Of a stretch of 64,000 bases of DNA, positions 34,470 through 48,600 are shown piece after piece. The position numbers were made by a program, and so were the translations under genes. Source of the stretch: Phyllobates terribilis. Lineage: Eukaryota. The stretch's first letter is position 1, and each line of letters opens with the position of its first letter. The DNA is taken from the NCBI RefSeq assembly GCF_046119375.1, contig NW_027362769.1, positions 366,048,001 through 366,112,000 of the forward strand. Direction: 5' to 3'. Below the pieces are notes generated by a model, which saw only the letters and a list, made by a program, of their open reading frames with translations, was not told the origin of the DNA and did not search any database.

Positions 34470-35710
34470 AAAATGTTCGCTGTACCCCTTGATAAAATCC
34501 TTGAGGGGTGTAGTTTCCATAATGGGGTCACTTGTGGGGGCTTTCCACTATTTAGTCACATCAGGGGCTCTCCAAACGCGACATGGCGTCCGCTCTCGAT
34601 TCCAGCCAATTTTGCGTTCAAAAAGTCACACAGTGCTCCTTCCCTTCTGAACTCTGCCGTGCGCCCAAACACTGTATTTTCCCCACATATGGGGTATTGG
34701 CGTACTCAGGAGAAATTGCACAAAAGTTTTTGGGGTCCATTTTCTCCACTTACCCTTGTGAAAATAAAAAAAATGGTGCTAAAACATCATTTTTGTGGAA
34801 ATAGTTTGATTTTATTTTCACGGCTCCATGTTATAAACTTCTTTAAAGCACTTGGGAGTTCAGGGTGCTCACCACACATCCAGATAAGTTCCCTGAGGGG
34901 TCTAGTTTCCAAAATGGTGTCACTTGTGGGGGGTTTCCACTGTTTAGGCACATCAGGGGCTCTCCAAACGCAACATGGCATCCGCTAATTATTCAAGCAA
35001 ATTTTACATTCAAAAAGTCAAATGGCGCTCCTTCCTTTCCGAACCCTGCCGTGCGCCCAAACAGTGGTTTTCCCCCACATATGGGGTATCTGCTTACTCA
35101 GGAGAAATTGCAAAAAAAACTGCATGGTGCAATTCCTCCTGTTACCCTTATGAAAATGCAAAATTGGGGGCTGAAAAACATTTTTGAGGGAAAAATGTGA
35201 AAATTTTATTTTTACTGCTCACTGTTATAAACTTCTGTGAAGCACCAGGGGGTTCAAGGTGCTCACCACACATCTAGATAAGTTCCCTGAGGGGTCTAGT
35301 TTCCAAGATGTTGTCACTTGTGGACGGTTTCCACTGTTTAGTCACATCAGGGGCTCCCCAAACGCAACATAGCGTCCGCTAATTGTTCAAGTAAATTTTA
35401 CATTCAAAAAGTCAAATGGCGCTCCTTCCCTTCCGAACCCTGCCGTGCGCCCAAACAGTGTTTTTTCACCACATATGGTGTATCTGCATGCTCAGGAAAA
35501 ATTGCACAACAAATTTTGGGGTCCATTTTTTCCTGTTACCCCTGCGAAAATCAAAAAAATTGTGCCTAAAGTAACATTTTTTGAAAAAAGTTAAATATTA
35601 ATTTTTTTCTTCCACATTCCAAAAATTCCTGTGAAGCACCTGAAGGTGTTAATAAAGTTCTTGAATGTGGTTTTGAGCACCTTGAGGGGTGCAGTTTTTA
35701 GAATGGTGTC
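34470..35710. repeat. ~394-bp tandem repeat, three full copies plus a partial fourth
   Basis: GAGGGGT.(T/C)AGTTT anchor at 34503, 34895, 35289, 35684. Confidence 0.85.
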
Positions 35711-36666
35711 ACTTTTAGGTATTTTCTGTCATAAAGACACATCAAAGTGACATCAAATGTGATGTGGTCCCTAAAAAAATGGTTTTGTAAATTTTGTTGG
35801 AAAAATGAGAAATTGCTGGTCAACTTTTAACCCTTATAGCTCCCTAATAAAAAAGAAAAATTTGGTTCCAAAATTGTGCTGATGTAAAGTAGACATGTGG
35901 GAAATGTTATTTATTAACTATTTTGTGTGACATATCTCTCTGATTTAAGGGCATAAAAATAAAAATTTTGAAAATTGTAAAATTTTCAAAATTTTTGCCA
36001 AATTTCCATTTTTTTTACAAATAAATGCAAGTGATATCGAAGAAATTTTACCACAATCATGAAGTACAATATGTCATGATAAAACAATCTCAGAATCAGG
36101 GGGAACCATTGAGCGTTCCAGAGTAATTACCTCATAAAGTAACAGTGGTCAGAATTGTAAAAATTGGCCTGGTCATTAAAGTGCAAACCACCTTGGGTTG
36201 TAAATGGGTTAATGCGGTCAGGAATGGAAGTAAAGAGTCCTGTGTTTTCTTTTAGTACATAGAGCAGTAGGTAATATAGATAAAATAAAAGGGTTTCTTT
36301 AAATGTGTGTCTTACAATTATAAAACGAGGTAGGGGGTTTTGTCTTTTTATTAAATTCATTTCTTGTTAATGTTGAAAATTGGATCCATAAAAAAAACAG
36401 TGACCTTTCTGATGATATCACAGGGCATGTATAGAGAAAACCTCGGCACTCAAAGGCTTATGTTCATCAGAAAATATAATTTAATATCAGTCCACAGCAG
36501 ACCTTCATCAGTGACTGCAATATGAGAAAGAACAAAACAAAACATGACAAACAATTTCGCTGGGGCAAAGCCGAGTGAGGACTCAATGTCTTTCCCATAC
36601 TACTCCCAGCTATTGGATAGGTGTTACTTCTGTACATCCTATTATCTTTGCCTGCATATGGTTTTA

Positions 36667-39600
36667 CTCTCGCTCTGGCATGCCCTCGCCCTGGCTCTGG
36701 CCTGCTCTCGCTCTACCTCCGGCCGGCCCTCGCCTTGGCTCCGGCCTGCTCTAGCTCTGGCTCCGTCCTGCCCCCGCCCTGGCTCCGGCCTGCTCTCGCT
36801 CTTGCTCTGGTCTGCTCTCGCTCTGGCTCCGGCCTGCCCTCGAACTGTCTCCGGCCTGCCCTCGACCTGTCTCCGGCCTACCCTCTCCTTGGCTCCGGCC
36901 TGCTCTTTCTCTGGCTCCGGCCTGCTCTTTCTCTGGCTCCGGCCTGCTCTCGCTCTAGCTCCGGCCTGCTCTCGCTCTGGCTCCGGTGTGCCCTTGCCTT
37001 GGCTCCGGCCCTCTCTCGGCCTGGCTCCGGCCTGCTCTCGCTCTGGCTATGTCCTGTCGTCGGTCTGGCTCTAGCCTGCCCTCGCCTTGGCTCTGGCCTG
37101 CCCTCGCCCTTGCTCCGGCCTGATCTCGCTCTGGCTCTAGCCTTCCCTCGCCTTGGCTCCGGCTTGCTCTCGCCCTGGCTCTGGCCTACTCTCGCTCTGG
37201 CTCCGGCCTGTCCTCACCCTGGCCCGTCCTGCTCTCCCTCTGGCTCTGGCCTTCCCTCGCCTTGGCTCCGACCTGCGCTCGCCCTGGCTCCTGCCTGCTC
37301 TCGCTCTGGCTCCGGCCTGCCCTCGCCCTGGATCCGGCATGCTCTCGGTCTGGCTCCGACCTGCCCTCGACCTGGCTACTGCCTGCTCTCGCTCTGGCCT
37401 CCTCTCACCCTGGCTCCGGCCCGCTCTCTCTCTGGCTCTGGCCTTCCCTAGCCATAGCATCTGCCTGCCTTCGCCCTGGCTCCGGCCTCCTCTCGCTCTG
37501 GCTCTGGCCTGCCATCGCCTTGGCTCCGGCCTGCTCTCGCCTTGGCTCCGGCCTGCTCTCGCTCTGGCCTGCTCTCTCTGGGGCTCTGGCCTGCCCTCAA
37601 CTTGGCTCCGGCCTAATTTAGCTCTGGTCTGGCCTGCCTTCGTCTTGGCCCCGGCCTGCTCTCGCCCTCGCTTCGTCTTGCCTTCGCCCTGGCTCCAGTT
37701 TGCCCTCGCTCTGTCTCCGGCCTACCCGCTCTCTGGCTCCGGCCTACTCTCGCTTTGACCTGCCCTCGCCCTGGCTCCGACCTGCTCTTGCTCTAGCTCC
37801 GGCCTGCCCTCGCCCTGGCTCCGGCCGGCTCTCTCCCTGGCTCCGGCCTACTCTCGCTCTGGCTATGTCCTGCCTTCGCTCTGGCTCTGGCCTGCTCTCG
37901 CCCTGGCTCTGGCCTGCTCTCGCCCTGGCTCCAGCCTCCTCTCGCTCAGGCCTGCACTCGCCCTGTCTCCGGCTTGCACTCGCCCTGGCTCCGGCCGGCT
38001 CTCGCTCTTGCTCCGGCTAGCCCTTGCCCTTGCTCCGACGTGCTATCTCTCTGTCTCCGGCCTGCCCTTGCCCAGGTTCCGGCCTGCTCTCGCTCTGGCC
38101 TGCCCTCGCTCTGGCTCCGGCCTGCTCTCACCCTGGCACCGGCCTGCTCTGGCTCTGGCCTGTCCTCGCCCTGGCTACGGCCTGCTCTCGCTCTGGCTTC
38201 CATGTGCCCTCGCCTTGGCGCCGGCTTGCCCTCGCCCTGGCTCCGGCCTGCTCCCGCTCTGGCTCCGGCCTGCCCTCGCCTTAGCTCCGGCCTGCGCTCG
38301 CCCTGGCTCCAGCCTGCTCTCGCTCTGGCTCCTGCCTTCCGAAGCTTTGGCTCCAGCCTGCTCTCGCTCTTGCTCTGGCCTGCCCTCGCTCTGGCTCCGG
38401 CCTGCTCTAGCTCCGGTGTGCCCTCGCCTTGGCTCCTGCCTGCCCTCGCTTTGGCTCCGGCCTGCTCTCGCCCTCGCTCCAGCCTGCTCTCGCTGTGGCC
38501 TGCCCTCGCTCTGGCTCCGGCCTGCTCTCACCCTGGCACCGGCCTGCTCTGGCTCTGGCCTGTCCTCGCCCTGGCTACGGCCTGCTCTCGCTCTGGCTTC
38601 CATGTGCCCTCGCCTTGGCGCCGGCTTGCCCTCGCCCTGGCTCCGGCCTGCTCCCGCTCTGGCTCCGGCCTGCCCTCGCCTTAGCTCCGGCCTGCGCTCG
38701 CCCTGGCTCCAGCCTGCTCTCGCTCTGGCTCCTGCCTTCCGAAGCTTTGGCTCCAGCCTGCTCTCGCTCTTGCTCTGGCCTGCCCTCGCTCTGGCTCCGG
38801 CCTGCTCTAGCTCCGGTGTGCCCTCGCCTTGGCTCCTGCCTGCCCTCGCTTTGGCTCCGGCCTGCTCTCGCCCTCGCTCCAGCCTGCTCTCGCTGTGGCC
38901 TGCCCTCGCCCTGGCTCCGGCCTGCTCTTGCTATAGCTCCGGTGTGCCCTCGCCTTGGCTCCGGCCTGCCCTCGCCCTGACTCCGGCCTGCTCTCGCTCT
39001 GGCTCTGCCTGCCCTCGCCTTAGCTCCGGCCTGCTCTCGCTTTGGCTCCTGCCTGCCCTCGCTTTGGCTCCTGCCTGCCCTAGCTTCTGCTCCAGCCTGC
39101 TCTGGCTCTGGCCTGCCCTCGCCCTGGCTCCAGCATGCTCTCGCTCTAGCTCCGGTGAGCCCTCGCCTTGGCTCCTGCCTGCCCGCGCTCTGGCTCCGGC
39201 CTGCCCGCGCTCTGGCTCCGGCCTGCTCTCGCCCTGCCTCCGGCCTGCCCTCGCCTTGGCTCTGACCTGCCCTCGCTTTTGCTCCGACCTGCCCTCGTCT
39301 CGGCTCCGGCCTGCTCTCGCTCTGGCTCCGGCCTGCCCTCGGCCTGGCTCTGGCCTGCTCTCGCTCTTGCTCCCGCCGGCCCTCGCCCTGGCTCCGGCCC
39401 GCTCTCGCTCTGGCTCTAGCCTGCCCTAGACCTGCCCTCTCCCTGGCTCCGGCCTGCTCTAGCTCTGGCTCCGGCCTGCTCTCGCTCTAGCTCCGGGCTA
39501 CCCTCGCCCTGGCTCCATCCTGCCCTTGTTCTGGCTCCCGCCCGCTCTCTCCCTGGCTCCGCCCTGCTCTCGCTCTGACTCCTGCCTGCCCTCGCCTTGG

Positions 39601-42600
39601 CTCCGGCCTGCTCTCGCCTTCGCTACATCTCTCGCTCTAGCTCCGGCCTTCCCTCACCCTCGCTCCGGCTTGCTCTCTCCCTGGCTCCGGTCTACCCTCG
39701 CCCTGGCTCCGGCCTGCTCTCACTCTAGCTCTGGCCTGCCCTCGCCTTGGCTCCGGCCTGCTCTCTCCCTGGCCTGCCCTTGCCTTGACTCCGGCCTGCT
39801 CTTGCATTGGCTCTGGCCTGCCTTCGCCTTGGCTCCGACCTTCTCTCGCCCTCGCTACGTCTTGCCCTCGCCCTTGCTCCGGCCTGCACTGGCTCTGGCT
39901 CCTGCCTGCTCTCGCTTTGGCCTGACCTTGCCCTGGCTCCGGCCTGCTCTCGCTCTGGCTCTGTCCTGCCTTCGCCTTGGCTCCGGCCTGCTCTCTCCCT
40001 GGCTACGACTTGCCCTCGCTCCGGCTCCAGACTGTTCTCGCTCTGGCCTGCCCTCGACCTGGCTAAGGCTTGCTCTCGCTCTGGCTCCGTCCTGCCCTCG
40101 CCCTTGCTCCGGCCTGCTCTGGCTCTGGCCTGCCCTTGCCTTGGCTCTTGCCTGCTCTCGCTCTGGCTCCGCATGCTCTCGCCCTGGCTACAGCTTGCCC
40201 TCGCCCTGGTTCCGGCCTGCCTTCGCCATGGCTCCGGACAGCTCTCACTCTGGCTCTGGCCTGCCCTCGCCTTGGTTCCGGCCTGCTCTCTCTCTGGCTC
40301 TGGCCTCCCCTCGCCCGGGCTCCTGCCTGCTCTAGCTCTGGCTTGCCCTCGCCCTGGCTATGGCCTGCCCTCGTTCTGGCTCGGGCCTGCTCTCTCCCTT
40401 GCTCCGGCCTGCCCTCGCCTTGGCTCCGACCTGCCCTCGCTTTTGCTCCGACCTGCCCTCGTCTTGGCTCCGGCCTGCTCTCTCTCTGGCTCCGGACTGC
40501 CCTCGGCCTGGCTCTGGCCTGCTCTAGCTCTTGCTCCGGCCTGCCCTCGCCCTGGCTCCGGCCCGCTCTCGCTCTGGCTCTAGCCTGCCCTCGACCTGCC
40601 TCCGGCCTGCACTCTCCCTGGCTCTGGCCTGCTCTAGCTCTGGCTTTGGCCTGCCCTCGCCTTGGCTCCGTCCTGCCCTCGCTCTGGCTCCCGCCCGCTC
40701 TCTTCCTGGCTCCGGCCTGCTCTCGCTCTGGCTTTGGCCTGCCCTCGCCTTGGCTCCGGCCTGCTCTCGCCCTCGTTACATCTTGCCCTCGCCCTGACTC
40801 CGGCCTACACTTGCTCTGGCCCTGGTCTGCCCTCACCCTGGCTCCGGCTTGCTCTCGCTCCGGCCTGACCTCGCCGTGGCTCTGCCTGGTCTCGCTCTAG
40901 CTCTGGCCTACCCTCGCCATGGCTCCGGCCTGCTCTCGCTTTGGCCTGCCCTGGCCCTGGCTCAGGCCTGCTCTCGCTCTAGCTCCGGCCTTCCCTCACC
41001 CTCGCTCCGGCTTGCTCTCTCCCTGGCTCCTGTCTACCCTCGCCCTGGCTCCGGCCTGCTCTCTCCCTGGCCTGCCCTCGCCTTGGCTACGGCCTGCTCT
41101 TGCATTGGCTCTGGCCTGCCTTCGCCTTGGCTCCGACCTTCTCTCGCTCTCGCTACGTCTTGCCCTCGCCTTTGCTCCGGCCTGCACTGGCTCTGGCTCC
41201 GGCCTGCCCTCGCCCTGGCTCCTGCCTGCTCTCGCTCTGGCCTGACCTTGCCCTGGCTCCGGCCTTCTCTCGCTCTGGCTCTGTCCTGCGTTCGCCTTGG
41301 CTCCGGCCTGCTCTCTCCCTGGCTACGACTTGCCCTCGCTCTGGCTCCAGACTGTTCTCGCTCTGGCCTGCCCTCGAACTGGCTAAGGCTTGCTCTCGCT
41401 CTGGCTCCGTCCTGCCCTCGCCCTTGCTCCGGCCTGCTCTCGCTCTGGCTCTGGCCTGCCCTTGCCTTGGCTCTTGCCTGCTCTCGCTCTGGCTCCGGCA
41501 TGCTCTCGTCCTTGCTACAGCTTGCCCTCGCCCTGGTTCCGGCCTGCCTTCGCCATGGCTCCGGACAGCTCTCGCTCTGGCTCTGGCCTGCCCTCGCCTT
41601 GGCTCTCCCTCTGGCTCCGTCCAGATCTCGCCTTGGCACCGGCCTGCCCTTGCCCTGCCTCCGGCCTGCTCTCGCTCTGCCTCCGGCTTGCCCTCGCTCT
41701 GGCTCCGGCCTGATCTAGCTCTGGCCTCGCCATGGCTCCGGCCTGCTCTCGCCCTGGTTCCAGCCTTCCCTCGCCTTGGCTCCGGCCTGTTCTCGCCGTG
41801 GCTCGGGCCTGCCCACCCCTTTCCTCCGGCCTGCACTCACTCTGGCTCCGTCCTGCCCTCGCCTTTGTTCCAGCCTGCTCTAGCTCTGCCTCTCGCCTGC
41901 CCTCGCCTTGGCTCCGGCCTGCTCTTTCTCTGGATCTGGCCTGCCCTCGCCTTGGCTCCGCCCTGCTTTAGTTCTGGTCTGACCCGCCTTCGTCTTGGCT
42001 CCGGCCTGCTCTCGCCCTGGCTCTGGCCTGCTCTCGCTCTGGCTCTGGCCTGAACTCGCCTTGGCTCCGGCCTGCTCTCTCTCTGGCTCTGGCCTCCCCT
42101 CGCCCGGGCTCCTGCCTGCTCTCGCCCTGGCTCTAGCCTGTCCTCGACCTGCCTCCGGCCTGCCCTCTCCCTGGCTCCGGCCTGCTCTAGCTCTGGCTGC
42201 GGCCTGCTCTCGCTCTAGCTCCGGCCTACCCTCGCCCTGGCTCCGTCCTGCCCTCGCTCTGGCTACCGCCCGCTCTCTCCCTGGCTCCGGCCTGCTCTCG
42301 CTCTGGCTCTGGCCTGCCCTCGCCTTGGCTCCGGCCTGCTCTCGCCCTCGCTACATCTTGCCCTCGCCCTGACTCCGGCCTACACTTGCTCTGGCCCTCG
42401 TCTGCCCTCACCCTGGCTCCGGCCTGCTCTCGCTCCGGCCTGACCTCGCCGTGGCTCTGCCTGCTCTCGCTCTAGCTCTGGCCTACCCTCGCCATGGCTC
42501 CGGCCTGCTCTCGCTTTGGCCTGCCCTGGCCCTGGCTACGGCCTGCTCTCGCTCTAGCTCCGGCCTTCCCTCACCCTCGCTCCGGCTTGCTCTCTCCCTG

Positions 42601-45600
42601 GCTCCGGTCTACCCTCGCCCTGGCTCCGGCCTGCTCTCGCTCTAGCTCTGGCCTGCCCTCGCCTTGGCTCCGGCCTGCTCTCTCCCTGGCCTGCCCTCGC
42701 CTTGCTCCGGCCTGCTCTTGCATTGGCTCTGGCCTGCCTTCGCCTTGGCTCCGACCTTCTCTCGCCCTCGCTACGTCTTGCCCTCGCCCTTTGCTCCGGC
42801 CTGCACTGGCTCTGGCTCCGGCCTGCTCTCGCTCTGGCCTGACCTTGCCCTGGCTCCGGCCTGCTCTCGCTCTGGCTCTGTCCTGCCTTCGTGTTGGCTC
42901 CGGCCTGCTCTCTCCCTGGCTACGACTTGCCCTTGCTCTGGCTCCAGACTGTTCTCGCTCTGGCCTGCCCTCGACCTGGCTAAGGCTTGCTCTCGCTCTG
43001 GCTCTGTCCTGCCCTCGCCCTTGCTCCGGCCTGCTCTCGCTCTGGCTCTGGCCTGCCCTTGCCTTGGCTGTTGCCTGCTCTCGCTCTGGCTCCGGCATGC
43101 TCTCGCCCTGGCTACAGCTTGCCCTCGCCCTGGTTCCGGCCTGCCTTCGCCATGGCTCCGGACAGCTCTCGCTCTGGCTCTGGCCTGCCCTCGCCTTGGC
43201 TCTCGCTCTGGCTCCGTCCAGACCTCGCCTTGGCACCGGCCTGCCCTTGCCCTGGCTCCAGCCTGCTCTTGCTCTGTCTCCGGCTTGCCATCCCTCTGGC
43301 TCCGGCCTGCTCTCGCTCTGGCTCTGGCCTGATCTAGATCTGGCCTCGCCATGGTTCCGGCCTGCTCTCGCCCTGGTTCCTGCCTTCCCTTGCCTTGGCT
43401 CCGGCCTGCTCTCGCCGTGGCTCGGGCCTGCCCACGCCTTTCCTCCGGCCTGCACTCACTCTGGCTCCGTCCTGCCCTCGCCCTTGTTCCGGCCTGTTCT
43501 AGCTCTGCCTCTCGCCTGCCCTCGCCTTGGCTCCGGCCTGCTCTTTCTCTGGATCTGGCCTGCCCTTGCCTTGGCTCCGGCCTGCTTTAGTTCTGGCCTG
43601 GCCCGCCTTCGTCTTGGCTCCGGCCTGCTCTCGCCCTGGCTCTGGCCTGCTCTCTCTCTGGCTCTGGCCTGCCCTCGCCTTGGCTCCGGCCTGCTCTCTC
43701 TCTGGCTCTGGCCTCCCCTCGCCCGGGCTCCTGCCTGCTCTCGCTCTGGCTCTGGCTTGCCCTCGCCCTGGCTCTGGCCTGCCCTCGCCTTGGCTCCGAC
43801 CTGCTCTCTCTCTGGCTCCGGACTGCCCTCGGCCTGGCTCTGGCCTGCTCTAGCTCTTGCTCCGGCCTGCCCTCGCCCTGGCTCCGGCCCGCTCTCGCTC
43901 TGGCTCTAGCCTGCCCTCGACCTGCCTCCGGCCTGCCCTCTCCCTGGCTCCGGCCTGCTCTAACTCTGGCTCCGGCCTGCTCTCGCTCTAGCTCCGGCCT
44001 ACCCTCGCCCTGGCTCCATCCTGCCCTCGCTCTGGCTCCCGCCCGCTCTCTCCCTGGCTCCGGCCTGCTCTCGCTCTGGCTCTGGCCTGCCCTCGCCTTG
44101 GCTTCGGCCTGCTCTTGCCCTCGCTACATCTTGCCCTCGCCCTGACTTCGGCCTACACTTGCTCTGGCCCTGGTCTGCCCTCACCCTCGCTCCAGCCTGC
44201 TCTCGCTCCGGTCTGACCTCGCCGTGGCTCTGCCTGCTCTCCCTCTAGCTGTGGCCTACCCTCGCCATGGCTCCGGCCTGCTCTCACTTTGGCCTGCCCT
44301 GGCTCTGGCTCCGGCCTGCTCTCGCTCTAGCTCCGGCCTTCCCTCACCCTCGCTCCGGCTTGCTCTCTCCCTGGCTCCTGTCTACCCTCGCCCTGGCTCC
44401 GGCCTGCTCTCGCTCTAGCTCTGGCCTGCCCTCGCCTTGGCTCCGGCCTGCTCTCTCCCTGGCCTGCCCTCGCCTTGGCTCCGGCCTGCTCTTGCATTGG
44501 CTCTGGCCTGCCTTCGCCTTGGCTCCGACCTTCTCTCGCCCTCGGTACGTCTTGCCCTCGCCCTTGCTCCGGCCGGCACTGGCTCTGGCTCCGGCCTGCC
44601 CTCGCCCTGGCTCCTGCCTGCTCTCGCTCTTGCCTGACCTTGCCCTGGCTCCGGCCTGCTCTCGCTCTGGCTCTGTCCTGCGTTCGCTTTGGCTCCGGCC
44701 TGCTCTCTCCCTGGCTATGACTTGCCCTCGCTCTGGCTCCAAACTGTTCTCGCTCTGGCCTGCCCTCGAACTGGCTAAGGCTTGCTCTCGCTCTGGCTTC
44801 GTCCTGCCCTCGCCCTTGCTCCGGCCTGCTCTCGCTCTGGCTCTGGCCTGCCCTTGCCTTGGCTCTTGCCTGCTCTCGCTCTGGCTCCGGCATGCTCTCG
44901 CCCTTGCTACAGCTTGCCCTCGCCCTGGTTCCGGCCTGCCTTCGCCATGGCTCCGGACAGCTCTCGCTCTGGCTCTGGCCTGCCCTCGCCTTGGCTCTCG
45001 CTCTGGCTCCGTCCAGACCTCGCCTTGGCACCGGTCTGCCCAGCCTCCGGCCTGCTCTCGCTCTGCCTCCGGCTTGCCCTCGCTCTGGCTCCGGCCTGAT
45101 CTAGCTCTGGTCTCGCCATGGCTCCGGCCTGCTCTCGCCCTGGTTCCGGTCTTCCCTCGCCTTGGCTCCGGCCTGTTCTCGCCGTGGCTCGGGCCTGCCC
45201 ACGCCTTTCCTCCAGCCTGCACTCACTCTGCCTCTCGCCTGCCCTCGCCTTGGCTCCGGCCTGCTCTCACCCTGGCTCTGGCCTGCTCTCGCTCTGGCTC
45301 TGGCCTGCCCTCGCCTTGGCTCCGGCCTGCTCTCTCTCTGGCTCTGGCCTCCCCTCGCCCGGGCTCCTGCCTGCTCTCGCCCTGGCTCTGGCCTGCCCTC
45401 GTTCTGGCTCCGGCCTGCTCTCGCCCTTGCTCCGGCCTTCCCTCGCCCTTGCGCCGGCCTGCCCTCGCTTTTGCTCCGACCTGCGCTCGTCTTGGCTCCG
45501 GCCTGCTCTCTCTCTGGCTCCGGCCTGCCCTCGGCCTGACTCTGGCCTGCTCTCGCCCTGGCTCCGGCCCGCTCTCGCTCTGGCTCTAGCCTGTCCTCGA

Positions 45601-48600
45601 CCTGCCTCCGGCCTGCCCTCTCCCTGGCTCCGGCCTGCTCTAGCTCTGGCTCCGGCCTGCTCTCGCTCTAGCTCCGGCCTACCCTCGCCCTGGCTCCGTC
45701 CTGCCCTCGCTCTGGCTCCCGCCCGCTCTCTCCCTGGCTCCGGCCTGCTCTCGCTCTGGCTCTGGCCTGCCCTCGCCTTGGCTCCGGCCTGCTCTCGCCC
45801 TCGCTACATCTTGCCCTCGCCCTGACTCCGGCCTACACTTGCTCTGGCCCTGGTCTGCCCTCACCCTGGCTCCGGCCTGCTCTCGCACCGGCCTGACCTC
45901 GCCGTGGCTCTGCCTGCTCTCGCTCTAGCTCTGGCCTACCCTCGCCATGGCTCCGGCCTGCTTTCGCTTTGGCCTGCCCTGGCCCTGGCTACGGCTTGCT
46001 CTCGCTCTAGCTCCGGCCTTCCCTCACCCTCGCTCCGGCTTGCTCTCTCCCTGGCTCCGGTCTACCCTCGCCCTGGCTCCGGCCTGCTCTCGCTCTAGCT
46101 CTGGCCTGCCCTCGCCTTGGCTCCGGCCTGCTCTTGCATTGGTTCTGGCCTGCCTTCGCCTTGGCTCCGACCTTCTCTCGCCCTCGCTACTTCTTGCCCT
46201 CGCCCTTGCTCCGGCCTGCACTGGCTCTGGCTCCGGCCTGCTCTCGCTCTGGCTCTGTCCTGCCTTCGCCTTGGCTCCGGCCTGCTCTCTCCCTGGCTAC
46301 GACTTGCCCTCGCTCTGGCTCCAGACTGTTCTCGCTCTGGCCTGCCCTCGACCTGGCTAAGGCTTGCTCTCGCTCTGGCTCCGTCCTGCCCTCACCCTTG
46401 CTCCGGCCTGCTCTTGCTCTGGCTCTGGCCTGCCCTTGCCTTGGCTCTTGCCTGCTCTCGCTCTGGCTTCGGCATGCTCTCGCCCTGGCTACAGCTTGCC
46501 CTCGCCCTGGTTCCGGCCTGCCTTCGCCATGGCTCCGGACAGCTCTCGCTCTGGCTCTGGCCTGCCCTCGCCTTGGCTCTCTCTCTGGCTCCGTCCAGAC
46601 CTTGATTTGGCACCGGCCTGCCCTTGCCCTGGCTCCGGCCTGCTCTTGCTCTGCCTCCGGCTTGCCCTCGCTCTGGCTCCGGCCTGCTCTCGCTCTGGCT
46701 CTGGCCTGATCTAGCTCTGGCCTCGCCATGGCTCCGGCCTGCTCTCGCCCTGGTTCCGGCCTTCCCTCGCCTTGGCTCCGGCATGCTCTCGCCGTGGCTC
46801 GGGCCTGCCCACGCCTTTCCTCCAGCCTGCACTCACTCTGGCTCCGTCCTGCCCTCGCCCTTTTTCCGGCCTGCTCTAGCTCTGCCTCTCGCCTGGATCT
46901 GGCCTGCCCTCGCCTTTTCTCCGCCCTGCTTTAGTTCTGGTCTGGCCCGCCTTCGTCTTGGCTCCGGCCTGCTCTCGTCCTGGCTCTGGCCTGCTCTCGC
47001 TCTGGCTCTGGCCTGCCCTCGCCTTGGCTCCGGCCTGCTCTCTCTCTGGCTCTGGCCTCCCCTCGCCCGGGCTCCTTCCTGCTCTCGTCCTGGCTCTGGC
47101 CTGCCCTCGTTCTGGCTTTGGCCTGCCCTCGCCCTTGCTCCGGCCTGCCCTTTGCCCTTGCTCCGGCCTGCCCTCGCCTTGGCTCCGACCTGCCCTCTCT
47201 TTTGCTCCGACCTGCCCTCGTCTTGGCTCCGGCCTGCTCTCGCTCTGGCTCCGGCCTGCCCTAGGCCTGTCTCTGGCCTGCCCTCGCCCTGGCTCCGGCC
47301 TGCCCTCGCCCTGGCTCCAGCCTGCCCTCTCCCTGGCTCCGGCATACACTAGCTCTGGCCCCGGCCTGCCCTCGCCTTGTCTCCGGCCTTCTATCTCTGG
47401 CTCCGTCCTGCCCTCACCCTGGCTCCGGCCTGCCCTCTCCCTGGCTCTAGCCTGTCCTCGCTCTGGCTCCGGCCTTCTCTCGCCCTGGCTCTGGCCTGCT
47501 CTCGCTCTGGCTCTGGCCTTCCCTCGCCTTGACTCCAGCGTGCTCTCGCTCTGGCCAGCCCTCACCCTGGCTCCGGCCTGCTCTCGCCCTGGCTCTGGTC
47601 TGCTCTCGCACTGGCTCTGGCCTGCCCTCGCCTTGGCTCCGGCCTGCTCTCGCCCTCGCTACGTCTTGCCCTCGCCCTGACTCCAGCCTGCCCTCGCTCT
47701 GGCCCTGGCCTGCCCTAACCCTGGCTCCGGCCTGCTCTCGCTCCGGCCTGCCCTCGCCCTGGCTCCAGCCTGCTCTCGCTATAGCTCCAGCCTGCCCTCT
47801 CCTTGGCTCCTGCTTGCTCTCTCCCTGGCTCCGGCCTGCCCTCGCCCTAGCTCCGGCCTTCCCTCGCCCTGGCTCCGGCCTGCTCTTGCTCTGGCTCCGG
47901 CCTGCTCTCGATCTAGCTCCGGCCTGCCCAGGCACAGGCCTGCCCTCGCCTTTGCTCCGGCATGTTCTCGCCCTGGCTCCGCACGGCTCTCGCTCTGTCT
48001 GTGGCCTGCCGTCGCTCTGGCTCTGGCCTGCCCTCACCTTGACTCCGGCCTGCTCTCGCTCTGGTTCTGTTCTGCCCTAACCCTGGCTCCGGCCTGATCT
48101 CTCCCTTGCTTTAGCCTGCCCTAGCCTTGGCTCCGGCCTGTCCTCGCCCTGGCTCCGGCCTGCTCTCGCCCTGGCTCCGGCCTGCTCTCGCTCTGGCTCC
48201 GGCCTGCTCTCGCTCTAGCTCCTGCCTGCCCTCGCCCTGGCTCCGGCCTGCTCTCTCTCTTGCTCTGGCCTGCCCTCGCCCTGGCTCTGGCCTGCTCTCG
48301 CCCTGGCTCCGGCCTGCTCTCGCTCTTGCTATGGCCTGCCCTCGCCTTGGTTCCGGCCTGCTCTCGCCCTCGCTACGTCTTGACTTCGCCCTGACTCCGG
48401 CCTGCCCTCGCTCTGGCCCTGGCCTGCCCTCACCCTTGCTCCGGCCTGCTCTCGCTCCGGCCTGCTCTCTCTCTAGCTCCGGCTTGCTCTCTCTCTAGCT
48501 CCGGCCTGCTCTCTCTCTAGCTCCGGCCTGCTCTCGCTCTAGCTCCGGCCTACCCTCACCCTTACTCCGGCTTGCTCTCTCCCTGCCTCCGTCCTACCCT

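Larger units (their letters stand above)
32497..36208. mobile_element. Non-autonomous piggyBac-like element (3.7 kb) with internal repeats
   Basis: TTAA-CCCCTTTA...TAAATGGG-TTAA; no transposase ORF; internal tandem units. Confidence 0.7.
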
